Shown one piece after another: positions 1 to 12,395 of a DNA stretch of 64,000 nucleotides. The position numbers and the translations under genes were made by a program. The DNA comes from Podarcis melisellensis (Eukaryota): NCBI GenBank assembly GCA_964234715.1, contig OZ174280.1. One strand, given 5' to 3'. Each line of letters opens with the position of its first letter. The stretch's first letter is position 1. The notes under the pieces were generated by a model. That model saw only the letters and a program-made list of their open reading frames with translations. It was not told the DNA's origin and ran no database searches.

Positions 1-49
1 ACCTCTTTTTCTAGAAAAATAGCACTGCCTCCAAGTCAATATGCATCGG

Positions 50-218
50 ATATTTCCTCCTCTGGTCATGGCTGTGGATGCATGACGACTGTTTCCAGGC
101 ACTGTGGTCGTCTGCAAGGGATTCTCACATGGCAGGCTTGATGTTGCCAGCCTTTATGTGGTGCTTGCAGACATCTTTGAAATACAGAGTTGGTCTGCCA
201 ACGGGCCTGGTGCCTGAG
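50..218 (-). mobile_element. RTE-clade LINE fragment (degenerate ORF C-terminus)
   Basis: Minus-strand translation SGTRPVGRPTLYFKDVCKHHIKAGNIKPAM*ESLADDHSAWKQ resembles the RTE ORF end (GRP...KD...W). Confidence 0.7.
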
Positions 219-1941
219 TGGAATAAGAATGTGATAAGCAAACATTTAAAATAATTATTTAGTATTTGTTAAGAGCATAAAGCATTATCAAACAGCATCC
301 GGCCTATAGAAGAATAAATGTTTTGTACTCTGATTTGGCCTCCAAATTAGATGTAAAAGGCAGCATGGCTTCTGAAACATTAAAAGTTGTGTAGAAGATT
401 GAATGGCATGCAAGCTGTATCTATTTATTTTATAAATTTAATAAACAAATTTTACTTAATTAACAATATTTTATCTGATAATAATATTTTTATTTAATAA
501 TTATAACTATTTTGTTTAATTAATAAATAAATTTTAAAAAGCTGTACCTGATGAAATTCTCAACTATTAGAAGTGCAGGAAACTTGTCTTCCTTATAACT
601 TAAGCTTCATAGAAGCCCAATGCGGTGTTTCACAGCTCCCAATCTCAATTAATGCAAATAATTATGACATGTGAGTCTTTCTCCATTCATGTCTAGAAAA
701 GCTTATTTTCCAAGGAGAAATTCCTTAAGGAAAGATGGTGAGCTTTTTTTAAAAAAAACAAACAAACCCAAACACCTCATCTGGCCCACTGAAACTTGTC
801 TTTGCTAACGCTATTAGTCCTAGAATTAAATCTATTACTCAATGGAGGAATCAATATAGCTAGCTTTAGACCCCTCCACCCTTTTCCAGCCAACTGTTGG
901 GCGTGTGAGTTGCGCCGGATGGAAACTGAGCATTAACATTTATGGTTCAGTGACATCCAGTGTTTTCTGGTGTTAAGTGCTCATGTAAAATGCATAAAGC
1001 TTAACACTGGGGTAAAAGGTGCTTTCTACAGGAGGTTGTGGTCAACTACCAGCATTTCACAGCCTAGCCAGTGCTGTCCACCTAATGAAGACTAATGTGG
1101 AATAGCTCCTGTCTCGTCCGCACAGTGTATTAAAGGGCTGACTACTCCGTTTACTTAAGCAAACAGGGAACTGTTACAAAGCCCTGAGGACCAATTATAA
1201 AAAAACCCTCTCCAGCATTAGATGAAGTGTTAACCACAGTGTCCGGGACAAATTCCAACTCGAGTAATGACATTCTATCTAAACTCCTTCTGTCTTCTTT
1301 TACCCTTTTGAAGGAATCAGGCTTGTGGTTAAAAACACCAAACAGTTGTGAAAAGAAATCTGGGATCTATTCCTAACATGGCCACTCGCTTATTTGACCT
1401 TGTAGACAAGTCACAAACCATGTCTGTTGGAGGCAGTTCTCGCAAAATGAAAATATGAAGTGAAATGGTGTGTGATTTCCATCTGAAGTACTGCACAGTG
1501 TTTACATGATTTCCCCCAACTTATCCTCAGGTATCAATTGTATCACCCTCCATTTTGTGCTTTCCCAGAGTATTTGGGGGACACTGTGTGTGTGTGGGGG
1601 GTAGGGTCTTATTCTTCAAGCTGGGTTAAAACAAGAAGACACTTCACTCTCTGTGCTGCATGATGGTGATGGTTGTTGTTGTTGTTATTAAAATTTGTAT
1701 ACTGCCCTAAACCTGCAGGTCTCGGGCGCTTTACAAGGTAATAAGTGGGCAAACACGGATTTGAACCCACATCTCCACAGTTTGACACAATGGGTGGAAA
1801 TCAACATCACGCTATTATGATCAGCATAAGTATATCTGAATGAGCATTACGGAGCTCCATGGTGCAGCCTCCAGACTCAAGTAATGCTGAGCAGGACTCA
1901 GCAAAAGTGCACACCAATTCTATTATCAACTCTCTCAGGAT

Positions 1942-1990
1942 AATGACAAGAATCCACCAACAGCATATGAATCAATATGGCTAACCTGAT

Positions 1991-2029
<39 letters not shown>

Positions 2030-2389
2030 ACTCACACACGAAAGCAAAGTTCAACACAGCCAATCACAAACAAGCAACCGCACCCTAGGCCAACCACAAT
2101 TTCTCTCACCACCAAAAGAACACAAGCGAATAGCAGAGAACCTGCACAAACAACGCTGACACAAAAACCCACACGTACATTAAGCAAAATAGAAATATTG
2201 CCTTCCGACCCCACCCACCATGGCCCCCTCTACCTCTTCTCCCCTTTTTTCTTCTTAATGTAACCCTAATGTCTCAACAAATGAAACTGACCTATGGAAA
2301 ATGTAATTTAAAAAAAAGAGACATGGTGCATACCTTTGTAAACCAAGAAAACTTTAATAAAATATTTTTTTAAAAAAACTAAAAAACAA
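1942..2389 (+). mobile_element. 5'-truncated non-LTR retroposon (L1-like 3'UTR) with 14-bp target-site duplication
   Basis: AACTCTCTCAGGAT at 1928-1941 and 2390-2403; AATAAA 2356-2361 followed by A-rich tail; family not identified. Confidence 0.75.
1994..2029 (+). repeat. (CA)n microsatellite
   Basis: ~17 AC units inside the retroposon. Confidence 0.95.
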
Positions 2390-5311
2390 AACTCTCTCAG
2401 GATGTTGCTGGCCACTCTCTGGGCTACCATGCATAATGCCAACGGATAGAATCATTGTGAATAGAGTATAGCTTTATTGCATCCCCACAGTGCTTGGCAT
2501 TTGCTGTAATGGCCAGTGGATTACTTCAGAACAAACCGAATTCAGAAATCCATCTGTATTTGCTGCATTGTGCTTTATGAGGCATTGTCTGTACACTGCG
2601 CTGAAAGCCGCTTGTGTACTGAAATGAGCCGATACCCACTCAGCACATGTCAAATGCTGCACAACTCTGCTCAACTCAGTACAGGTTTGTTTTTGTGAAT
2701 GGGAACCTCATTTTATACTTGGAAACACTTGCATGTAAGCTAGAAGTTGTTTCTTGCCATAATATTGTGGTGTCCAGCAGCACCAACTTGTGCTTCTTCC
2801 TGATGTGTGACTGTAGCATGAACGCGCATAGATGGCAGAATGTGTTCAAAAGGGTGGCAGGTACTGTACAGTATGTACTTGCTTAGAGCAGCTTAGTTAG
2901 TTCTGAGTCCTATTCTTCCTCCTTATTGACACCGTTAACCAAGGAATAATACAGCAATTGTGGTTGTGATTTTTAATTGCAGTTAAGTTCAATTGCCTTA
3001 CTTTTAAGCAATCAGTTTTGACTGACTGAAGCATTACAGTCATTCGATACCATTTTATAGCATTCCATTTTTGCCCCTGCATTCTTCTGAGGAAATTGGG
3101 CATGCAGCAATGGGATCCCTTGCCCTAGCCTCTCTCAGTGAAGGACTCAATTCTATTTGCCTGGTTTTTCTTCATTCCTTTCTGGCTTGTTTCGCAGCCC
3201 CCCCCCTTGCCATTTGCCGTGCACACAATGGACACAATGGCTTTGCTTAGCCAGGAGGGGGGGCAGAAGGACTGCAAAGAGGCGCCAGCTGTGACCTGAG
3301 CCCAGGAGACATCGTATTTCAGCCTTGTGACACATTTCACCCTCTCGTGACCTGGTGCCTGCGCTGCACAAGCTGTGTCTGAAATGGCAGAATTGTCATT
3401 TGTCAGTCAGATGGAGATGGAGGGGGAGGGAAGGAAAGGAAAGGAAAAGGGGGGGGTCACGCAGAGGAACTACCGGGGCACCATTGCAAGGAAGGTGTCT
3501 ACTTCAGCCTCTACACCTTGGTGGAATAAAGAAGAATGAAAATGGGGAGGGCAGAAAGGGAATTTCGAAAGTCTGTTCATATGTTTTAGCAACCCCTAAC
3601 TCAGCTTCTCTCCTCCCTCAGCCCCCCAACAGACATTTGTTTTTTATAAAAGTATGTCATCTGGCACCATCCTTACAATTGTCTGGGAGATATCTAAAAG
3701 CTTAGAATCATCTGATGCACTGAGGATGCTGTTTTTGATTAATATATGGAAGCTACTAACTAAAAGTGTACAAGTCTCACTGATGCGTTTATCACTTGTT
3801 AAGGGTATTAGAGCCTCCTGATTTCTGGCCTTATCTACGGTATATATTGCCTCTGGCTTCTCTTTTTTCAGATCACCTGTGGAGGGGCTGAGTGCTTGGC
3901 TGTGAATCCGAATCACAGTCGGTTTTTCCAACTGACTATTCTCCCCCTCCCTAAGCCTTCTTTTGGCTTTTCTTCAGGCCAGATCCCACCTGTGATCCAC
4001 TTGTAGCTTTCTCAACTACCTCTCTCTCCAGACAGAGTGACCCTAGCAATCCTCATCATTCTTTACCAGAGAATCGCATCCCACTTCTTAAACTCCTCAC
4101 CATTGCTTTGACCTCTTTGCCCAGAAGGGTTTTAGGGTCTTTAATTGCTGCATGGAAAGCACAAATTCAACAAGTGATGCTTTTCCAAGCACACAAATAT
4201 ACCCGCTAAATGCCTGCTAGTCATGCAGCTAAATGCCTGCTAGTCATGCAGCCATAAAAAACACAGAGCTCTGCAAGAATATAAAGGTTGCTATAAAATC
4301 TAAGCATATGTTCCCCTACCTTCACTTTTTAGCAACCAAGTAGAAGAGTTGATATATTCTCCTTAAGACACGACATGGACAGCTTCTCACTCCAGTTTTC
4401 AAGTGAGCATATCTTAGGTGAGCATATCTTCCATCTACCTGAAAAACATGGCCTGATCCACATAGAAGGTACAGTGTGTGGGGGTTTCTGCATGGAACAG
4501 GAAGCATGTGTAGACTTCTGCAACTAGATGAGCTCACTATCCCTCCATCTAGGAGGGTCAACAAATTCAAATTAAATTGTATTTCCTGCTGTAGAGGAAC
4601 GGCAGGACTGTGCATTGTGAGAAGGAGTACCAGTATAGTGGGGGCAATGGCCTTTCAGATAGACCCCCGCCAGCTGCCACTGTATGTACACACAGCGTGT
4701 CTTTCATCGAAATAGGTTTAATTCCAGTTAAGGACCTATCATAGACCTGCCATAGCCAATGCAAGACAAGCTTGTCAAACAAAGCAGGGTTGTTACCCAT
4801 CCCTGCCTTTTGAGGTGCTTCCAGGTATGCTTTAAAAAAAATCGATTGAGCATTCATTTGTTTGATGGGAGGTTAGATGACATTGCATCAAAGCAGGTGT
4901 TCTCTCTTAGGTTCAATTGCATTTTTGCATCATGTTCCTTATTGAAAAACGTCTATTTTCTGGGGCGAAGTGGATTTGTTGCACAAGACCTTCTAGTCAA
5001 GGACTGTGAGCAACATCATGGGAGGAACGTTTCCAGATACCCCAGCCTTTAGAAACCTTATAAGCTGCTGCAGGAGGAACTGCATGGGAGAAGCATTTCT
5101 AGGACCAAGGTGAAACTCTCAAGCTCCCTGGTTATTTCTAATGTTGTTGATGTAATGTTGTTATATACAGCTCAGAGAAGTTGGTTTTTTTTGTATGCTA
5201 TATTTGCTGTTATGTTGTCATTTTACTATTACTGCTCTTGCGGTGGTTGATCTTGAGATGTTTTGCTGTTTGTTATAAGCTGCTTCAACCATGATTTTTT
5301 TCTGGAGAAGT

Positions 5312-5690
5312 ATCACAGAACTGTAGAGTTGGAAGGGACCCTGAGAATCATCTAGTTCAACCTCCTGCAATGCAGGAATCTCAATTAAAGACTACATGGA
5401 AGACGACCATCCAACCTCTGCTTTAAAACCTGGAAGGAAGGAGAGTCCACCACCTCCCTAGGGATTCCGTTCCACTGTCAAACAGCTTTTACTGTCAGAA
5501 ATTTATTCCTGATGTTCAGTCAGAATGTCCTTTCTTGTAACTTGAATTCATTGGTTCAGCTTCTAGCCTCTGGAGTGGGAGAAAACAAGCTTGCTTCATC
5601 TTCCATGTGACAGCCGTTTAGATATTTGAAGATGGCTATCACATCTCCTCTCAGTATCCTCTTTACCAGGCTAAAAACATACCTAACTCA
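5312..5690 (-). mobile_element. CR1 LINE 3' fragment
   Basis: Reverse complement of the CR1 3' end (tagagttggaagggacc...catctagttcaacc); homologous to 6832-7454 and 36730-37435. Confidence 0.85.
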
Positions 5691-6831
5691 CTCAGTGAGT
5701 CAACTACCAATGTGTCACCTGTATTTGCCTGTACTTGATTGAATTCCACCCCAAAATAGTGAGAGTCTGGAAGAACCTCTAGTTACAGATTTCTGATTCA
5801 CCTGCACAGGAGAGCTCAAGCAGGGAGTGTTTACCAGCAGAATTTGCTCATGTCACTTATGAACCAGTAAAATGTGTCATTCTCATCACAACCTTGAGTG
5901 ATGAAATAAGACACATTTTAAGAAGTTTGCCCATCCACAGTATAAGCTAATTGTCAATGTTGTCATTGGCAGCAAAGACAGAGATGACACTACTGACACA
6001 GTGGTGATAAGCCAGTGTCTCTGGGGTCCCTGTTCAGACAAATCCACTTCCTTAACAGTATGGAAATCAAATACTCATTTTTGTTGTTTCGGTGCATGCC
6101 ATATAATTTTGACTGACTGCTGAAAAAATTATACCTTTCATATCTTTCCTGTATGACTAAAAAAAGAAGAAGCTTTTTAGGCATGTTTGACTAACTTATT
6201 AATAGTCCCATTCAGTTAAAAACATAATGGAAATGACACATCTAATTCTATGAATTTAAAGCTAAACACAATCTTGTGTGTCAAAGAACTCAAGTCAGTA
6301 TCGTTTCTTTGACAGCGAAATCTGAAACATGTTTACTCAGAAGTCAATCTAAATTCAGTGGGACTTACTCTCCAGCAGATGTATTTAGAATGGCAGTCTG
6401 AGTCATTCAAGAATAACTACTGCTATCTCACATATTATGTAGTGCAAAAACACAACATTTGATGGACAAGTTTCTACTTCTTACAACAAAATCCTATAGT
6501 GTACCTAAATGCTTACCACTGCTTGTACCAACACAAGCTAATTACTATCTACCCATAACTATTATTAAATCAACACAGAAGCAAAGCTAGAAGAATTATA
6601 TGACATTCCCACAACAGAGTCCCAAACAACTGCTTAATACCTCCATGAAGCATAACATTATACTGTACCAAAAAATACCTCCAGTGCTTAAGCAAGGAAA
6701 GAACTGACAAGGATGGCTCTGAGATTGCATCTCCTGTCTCCTAAAACTTTAGCAAGCAGCAACCACAGGGGTAGGTGATTTCAGTGATAATGACAATGTT
6801 CTTTTCCCTGCTAAACGTAGATGCATACATG

Positions 6832-7454
6832 TCATAGAATAATAGAATTGTAGAGTTGGAAGGGATCCTGAGGGTCATCTAGTCCAACCCCTTGCGATGC
6901 GGGAATCTCAACTAAAGCATCCATGGCAGGTGGCCACCCAACCTCTGCTTAAAAACCTCCAAGGAAGGAGTCCACAGCCTCCCAAGGGAGTCCATTCCAA
7001 TGTCTAACAGCTCTTCCTGTCAGAAAGTTTTTCCAGATGTTTAGTCGGAATCTCCTTTCTTGTAACTTGAAACCATTGGTTCAAGTCCTACCCTGTGGAG
7101 CAGAAGACAACCTTGCGCCACCTTCTATGACAGCTCTTCAGATATTTGATAATAATTTTTATTAGTTTTCTATTACAACAATCCAATCCAATAACAACCT
7201 CATTATAACAATGCCAAATTATAATACAATTAATAATACCAATCATTGAGACGCCAAATTATACAATTTAGGTGGCCCCCGCATGCTAGAATTAATGGTT
7301 TGATGCTTTCCTCTGTTTAAATATTTCAATCCTGGTCCAGATACCAAGCCCCTCAGATATTTGAAGATGGCTATCATATCTCCTCCCAGTCTCCTCTTTT
7401 CCAGGCTAAACATACCCAGCTCCTTCTAGTGTTCCTTGTAAGGCTTGGTTTCCA
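6832..7454 (-). mobile_element. CR1 LINE 3' fragment interrupted by a ~200-bp insertion (7150-7352)
   Basis: CR1 tail tcatagaataatagaattgtagagttggaaggg; TCAGATATTTGA duplicated at 7138-7149 and 7353-7364. Confidence 0.85.
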
Positions 7455-8371
7455 TGTAAAGCATTTATCCCTGTATGTGTTTTCCTACATGTTTACTGAA
7501 TGTGTGGAGAGGGAAATAGGCCCATTTCCTCAGGCCACACCCTGACCTATGTGCATTTAAATGAACACATAGAAAGGGCTGCTATGTAGGGCCCCTGGAG
7601 GTGCAAGGGCTTAGGATAGGGTATGCAGCCAGAAAGCTTTGTCCTGTTCCCGCCTCATACATCCACTGAAAACTTGAGTAGGGATTTAGTTAACAGGCTA
7701 CAACCATTAAGTGACTGTTTTGCACTAGCGCAAGGAGAGTAAGATACAATCCTGTCCTGTTCAAGCAGTCTTGCCAGAGGATAAAGTCAGGTTGTACGAT
7801 TCAAGTTCTCCATGTGAACAGAGAAATTAAGAGGAGCAATTGATTATCTTGATTCTTATCATATTATTCCCCAAAGATTCAGGACTGTCTATTTGGAAAG
7901 AATCAAGGTGACATAGCTAAAGCGTTACATTTTTCTATATACAGCGGAACCTCTTCCTATTCTCCCACCTTCAGATACTACTAATTCAGTTTTGAGTTCA
8001 CCCATCTCTCTTGTGACTCCACATCAGTGTAACCTTATGGATATGATATCCTCTTTTATCTGCTGTCTGATTACTCAAATGTTTTCTGTGCTCCTGAGGC
8101 CATTTAGATAAATTGAATTGCACAGTATATGAAGACATTTTTACATATTACGGAAGCATTTTAAATGCCACAAGAAATGATGGGAGTAGTGTGCTATATT
8201 TCTGAGCACTGCGTAGATTGGTCATGATTTTTAACATGAACAGCTTTCAGTAGCTTATTTGACTGTAAATTCTTTACAGGCTAAACCTTAGCCACAAATA
8301 CATACATTATGTACACATATGAACATAAATCTGCATGGTACTGAGGCAGACCATTGTTCCTCCTTTTAAGA

Positions 8372-8445
8372 GAAGATGCCAGAGACTGGTGATGGGAACT
8401 TGTGTATGCAGAGCATGTAGCTACCACCAAGCTATGACCCCTCCC
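8372..8445 (-). mobile_element. Degenerate tRNA-derived SINE head (Squam2-like)
   Basis: Resembles reverse complement of a tRNA-Ala-like head (agatgccag...tgcagagcatg...ctaccaccaagctatgacccc). Confidence 0.5.
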
Positions 8446-8878
8446 TACGCTGGAAGCAAAGCTTTGTAGATGTATTCATTTTTCAGTTCTGTGCTGAGAA
8501 AAGTAGAACATCATGGGGTATTTCCCCCTCAAAGAGGCTTCTATGACTAACAACAGAAACCCAATGCAATTTTCCATTATGTGTATTAATTAGATCAGGC
8601 TAAGGTTTCCGGTTTCCTCGGTCTACAGATCAATATCCTCTCAGCTCTGAAATAGATCAAATTTAGGCCTTTTGTTATAAAGTGAAGTTGAAGCTCTCTC
8701 TTTTTGGTTCCTTATTGTACTGAAGATTCGGCCTTCTGAACTTGAATGGTGGGCAGTGGAGTCTAGCCACAGTTCAGCAAAACTTAGTCATGACTAAATT
8801 CCATATTATTGCTCTCAATGGGGCTTAAATATGACAAGTCTCTTGCTGGACTGTGCCTAGGGCACCTAGGGATGGGCA

Positions 8879-9125
8879 ATCGGGATTCAGCTTCAGTGTA
8901 TTGGTTCATATCCAGCCCATCACTGCTTCTAAGTGTGAGTCCTGAGGTGCTCTCCTGATTCAGATGGAACAAAGATAGAGCTGGGCATCACCTGCATACT
9001 GATAACATCTCTCTCCAAATCTCCTGATGACAGCTCTCAGCAGCTTCAAACTGATGTTAAATGCCATGGGGGACAAGATGGAGCTCTATGGGATGCCACA
9101 GGACAATTCCCATGGTGCTGAGCAA
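8879..9125 (-). mobile_element. L2-clade LINE reverse-transcriptase fragment downstream of the CYB5RL stop
   Basis: Minus-strand translation GIP*SSILSPMAFNI...VIRRFGERCYQYAGDAQLY...LEAVMGWI*TNTLKLNPD: decayed PQG, YADD and LKLN motifs. Confidence 0.8.
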
Positions 9126-9355
9126 TAGCTTCCCCATAATTACTTTCTGGAAACAGTCAAGAATAACTGGCTGCAAGTGGAACCAGGCTTTTATCACTAG
9201 CTGTGGTATCTGCTCATTCATGGGATTGTTTAGCCAACTCTTAGGACACAGAAGGCATGCATTTGGATGGATTGGCACATTTTTTTAAAATCCCATCTGA
9301 CCAAAGGCAGATTAAGATTATTCGTAGCAAAGATACCTTGTTTGTTTAAAGTCCA

Positions 9356-9559
9356 TTAAAATATAAAATAAGAATCTTCTTTAAGACCAATGGCTTTCAA
9401 AGATCTCTCCATCTCTTCACTAAATGTCACAGAGCCGCATATCAAGACGTAAGGTTGTCTTCTGCATGTGTTCACCATACTCTTAATCACGTCCTCGTTT
9501 ATTCGACCAAGGTGCGTGTTTTTTTGAAAGCTCCAAGGCAGATTTTTGAGCGAATGTTC
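9356..9559 (-). CDS. CYB5RL: CYB5RL coding exon 6 (stop TAA)
   Basis: cttcag|EHSLKNLPWS...LICGSVTF...SYFIF*; CG motif and terminal Phe typical of the FNR/cytochrome b5 reductase family; spliced total 308 aa. Confidence 0.93.
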   Translation of the reverse strand, partial: EHSLKNLPWSFQKNTHLGRINEDVIKSMVNTCRRQPYVLICGSVTFSEEMERSLKAIGLKEDSYFIF

Positions 9560-10039
9560 CTGAAGAGGCAAAAGTATAAGACACTTTAAAATCATCTCAG
9601 AGAAACATACGGCCAATACTAAATTAGCCTTGAGCTATATTAATCCTGTTTTTCTCTCCTGGATGGAAGGAGAAGAGGTGGGAGGTAGAGACCACTGGCT
9701 TTTGTCTGGCCGAGAGGTAGCCTTCTGTACAAAGATAAGAGTCACATCCATTGTTCTGGCTGCTTTCGCTTCCGGATCCACTCAGCCCTGGCATGTGGCC
9801 CCTGGAACACTGTATATGAGGGGGTGCGGCTCTTGGGCTGCAAAAGGCTCTACATACAAACATGGGCTTTACTACCTAGCTATGGTCCTTTTCCCAGCTA
9901 GGAAGGCTAGACATGACAAGATTTTCAGTGCAGGACTGAACCACTTGCAATACATATAGCATGAAGGTTCATGCATCAACCAAGGGGAAGGTTGTCACAC
10001 TGTCCCTTGGGAAGGGAAAATTGCCTATTAGAATATTAC

Positions 10040-10243
10040 CTGGCTTAATACATAAAATGCCCTTATGTTCCAGAATCGAGATTGCTCTTGAAGAAGAGGC
10101 TTCATGTAGATATTTTCAAAGTTCCTGAAGCAGCCGACTAAAGTTACAAATGTTTCATCATCCTCATTCTCTGTTATGTACTGAAGAATAGGAAGCATTG
10201 GTGCTAGACCAGTACCAGAAGCAAGCATGAGAAGTTCTCCATA
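10040..10243 (-). CDS. CYB5RL: CYB5RL coding exon 5
   Basis: ttttcag|YGELLMLASGTGLAPMLPIL...FYVLSQ|gtaata; GxGxxP NADH-binding motif; 204 nt. Confidence 0.95.
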
Positions 10244-11130
10244 CTGAAAATGAAGCAGAAGATGCCAAATACATCTGAGTCACTGGAAATGGAAAAACAC
10301 TACAACAGAAACTGAATTTCAGCGCCAATTCATCATTTCATCCTATAAAAAAAGTGTGAACACTGCATAACTCGGGGATTATCTTTTCTCCTTTGGTAAT
10401 CGTGTCCACTGTGATCAGCTGAGAAAGCTTTACTTGGCAATAAGTCCCAATGAACTTTTTGAATAGACATGAGCTTGTTCCAGAAAGTGCATGTCATGCT
10501 AAATCATGGTCAGTATTGAAATTCAGATGACAAGGAAGCTTCAGGAGGGAATGAAACAAACATGGTAGGAGGACAGTGCTCAGAAAGGACTCAGACTTCA
10601 CCGTTTATCTGTTCTGTCTCTTGTGGTTTGCAATATTAACAGGACAATTCTAAGTATGTTGACTTGGGATGGAATTCTATTTTGTTCAATGGGGAGTGCG
10701 TCCTATTTAGGATTACAGCCTTAATTATCAAATATAAAATAAAATTATACTAAATCTGACTCGACTTCTATTCTTGATCATCTGCTATATTTTCTCCTCT
10801 TGTTCTTTTAAAAAGAAATTGCATCCTACACAGATCCATGTCAAAGCTCTGAAGCACTGTGGTGAAAATCTGAAGAACCCTACCCTGATCCTTAAACCCT
10901 AATGGTTTTCCCCTCATTTCCTGAAACCAAAAATAGGAACCCAACTGTTTGGTATTTGACTTCTTGTAATAATGGCCCTACATCTGATTGTATCTCATTG
11001 GTATTGTATTGCCCATTTTATTTTATATTACATTTTTAGATATTATGCTGTTAACTCCCCTGTGATTGCTATGTAGTGAAGGGGTTGAGAGGGGGGTTGT
11101 GTGTGTGTAAGTATATATACATGACTTTAC

Positions 11131-11235
11131 TTGATTGGCTGAATAAGGAAAACCTCCAAATGGTCCTCTCCAACAAACCGAATCTCCTTCTTTCCAGGAT
11201 TTTACATATTGTGACATGAGTCCATCTTCATAGCA
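11131..11235 (-). CDS. CYB5RL: CYB5RL coding exon 4
   Basis: ttacaag|CYEDGLMSQYVKSWKEGDSVCWRGPFGGFPYSANQ|gtaaag; GxMS and GPxG motifs; 105 nt. Confidence 0.93.
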
Positions 11236-11895
11236 CTTGTAAAGAAAACATAAAACAAACAAACAAACAAAAACATTTTTGAGAGGAAAGCCTCATGTTT
11301 ATATTCTACAAATAAAATTTCATAAACTAGAACAGAAAAAATATTTTTAAAATCGCTTAAAATATATATTAAAGGTCTAGCACAAAGAGATTTAAATTAA
11401 TCTGGGACATGAGTTATGAATCTAGCATTATTATTTGTTAATTCGCTCAAGTGTATGCAAAATAAAGATTGTCTATTGCTTGTATTGTGATTGTGCTGAC
11501 TAAGCTGGGTGGCAGATAAAACCACTCAGGTATTTTAAAACCTGCTCTGACTGCAAATAGCCTTTGCACCCGATAACAGATACACAAAATAGCACCTAAC
11601 ACATGCAATCATTTATTCATTGTGGAACTCTGTGCATTTATAGGAAAAGGGAGCTTTCTGAGTAGTGAAATTCAAGTGCACAATGCCTCTTTGGTCATTT
11701 GTTCCAGGACTTGTATATTCTGCCTTTTTAATGCTTCCTTCATCTATGAGTTTGGAGTGAAAGTAGTTCAAGCTAAGACAACGTATCACACAAAAATCTG
11801 ATCACAGCACCATACTTTCTCTACAATAATGAATGTAAAAAGCATCTGCATCTACAATAATGAATGTAAAAAGCATCTGCATCTAGGAAAGAACA

Positions 11896-12041
11896 GAGTT
11901 GGTTCAGTCAGTAGAGCATGAGACTCTTAATCTCAGGGTCAGGGGTTCAAGCCCCACACTGGACAAAAGATTCTTGTGTTGAAGGGGGTTGGACTAGATG
12001 ACCCTTGTTGTCCCTTCCAGCTCTACAATTCTATGATTCTA
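11896..12041 (+). mobile_element. tRNA-Lys(CTT)-derived SINE with CR1-type tail
   Basis: tcagtcagtagagcatgagactcttaatctcagggtcaggggttcaagcccca (A/B boxes, CTT anticodon arm) fused to ggactagatgacc...ttctatgattct. Confidence 0.85.
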
Positions 12042-12159
12042 AGAAGAGAGATAGCTATGCTTAAGGTGGCCAGCTTTACACAGGCTCTGCTCCTATGCCT
12101 CTGGCATAGATAAAAATTCCCAGAGGAAGAGTCTATTGCAGCAAAACCAACACAGTGTG

Positions 12160-12395
12160 TTGCAGCACCTTAAAGACTTAAGAATTTATTATAGCATAAG
12201 ATTTCATGGACTAAAGTCAACTTCACCCACTACAGTGGGCTCTAGTCCATGAAAGCTTATGCCACAATATATGCGTTAGCCTTCAAGGCATAGCTGCCAA
12301 CGTGTCCCTTTTTTAAAGGGAAATTCCCTTATACCGAATAGGATTCCTCACAAGAAAAGGGAAAAGTTGACAGCTACGCTTCAAGCTGCTACAGG
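12160..12395. mobile_element. Old Penelope-like element remnant (inverted arrangement) containing a MITE
   Basis: Inverted pair gcataagatttcatggact (12194-) and agtccatgaaagcttatgc (-12262); gcaccttaaagact end motif. Confidence 0.6.
12289..12378. mobile_element. 90-bp MITE
   Basis: TIRs catagctgccaac / gttgacagctacg; flanks cttcaagg / cttcaagc; second copy in opposite orientation at 50082-50175. Confidence 0.8.

Noticed and set aside
1-9000. First exon of CDCP2, the expected syntenic neighbour
   Set aside because: No signal-peptide or CUB-domain exon found; the candidate ATG near 1379 (-) hits a stop before any donor.
11900-11965. Functional tRNA-Lys gene
   Set aside because: Acceptor stem is degenerate and the sequence runs into a CR1-type tail, so it is a SINE.
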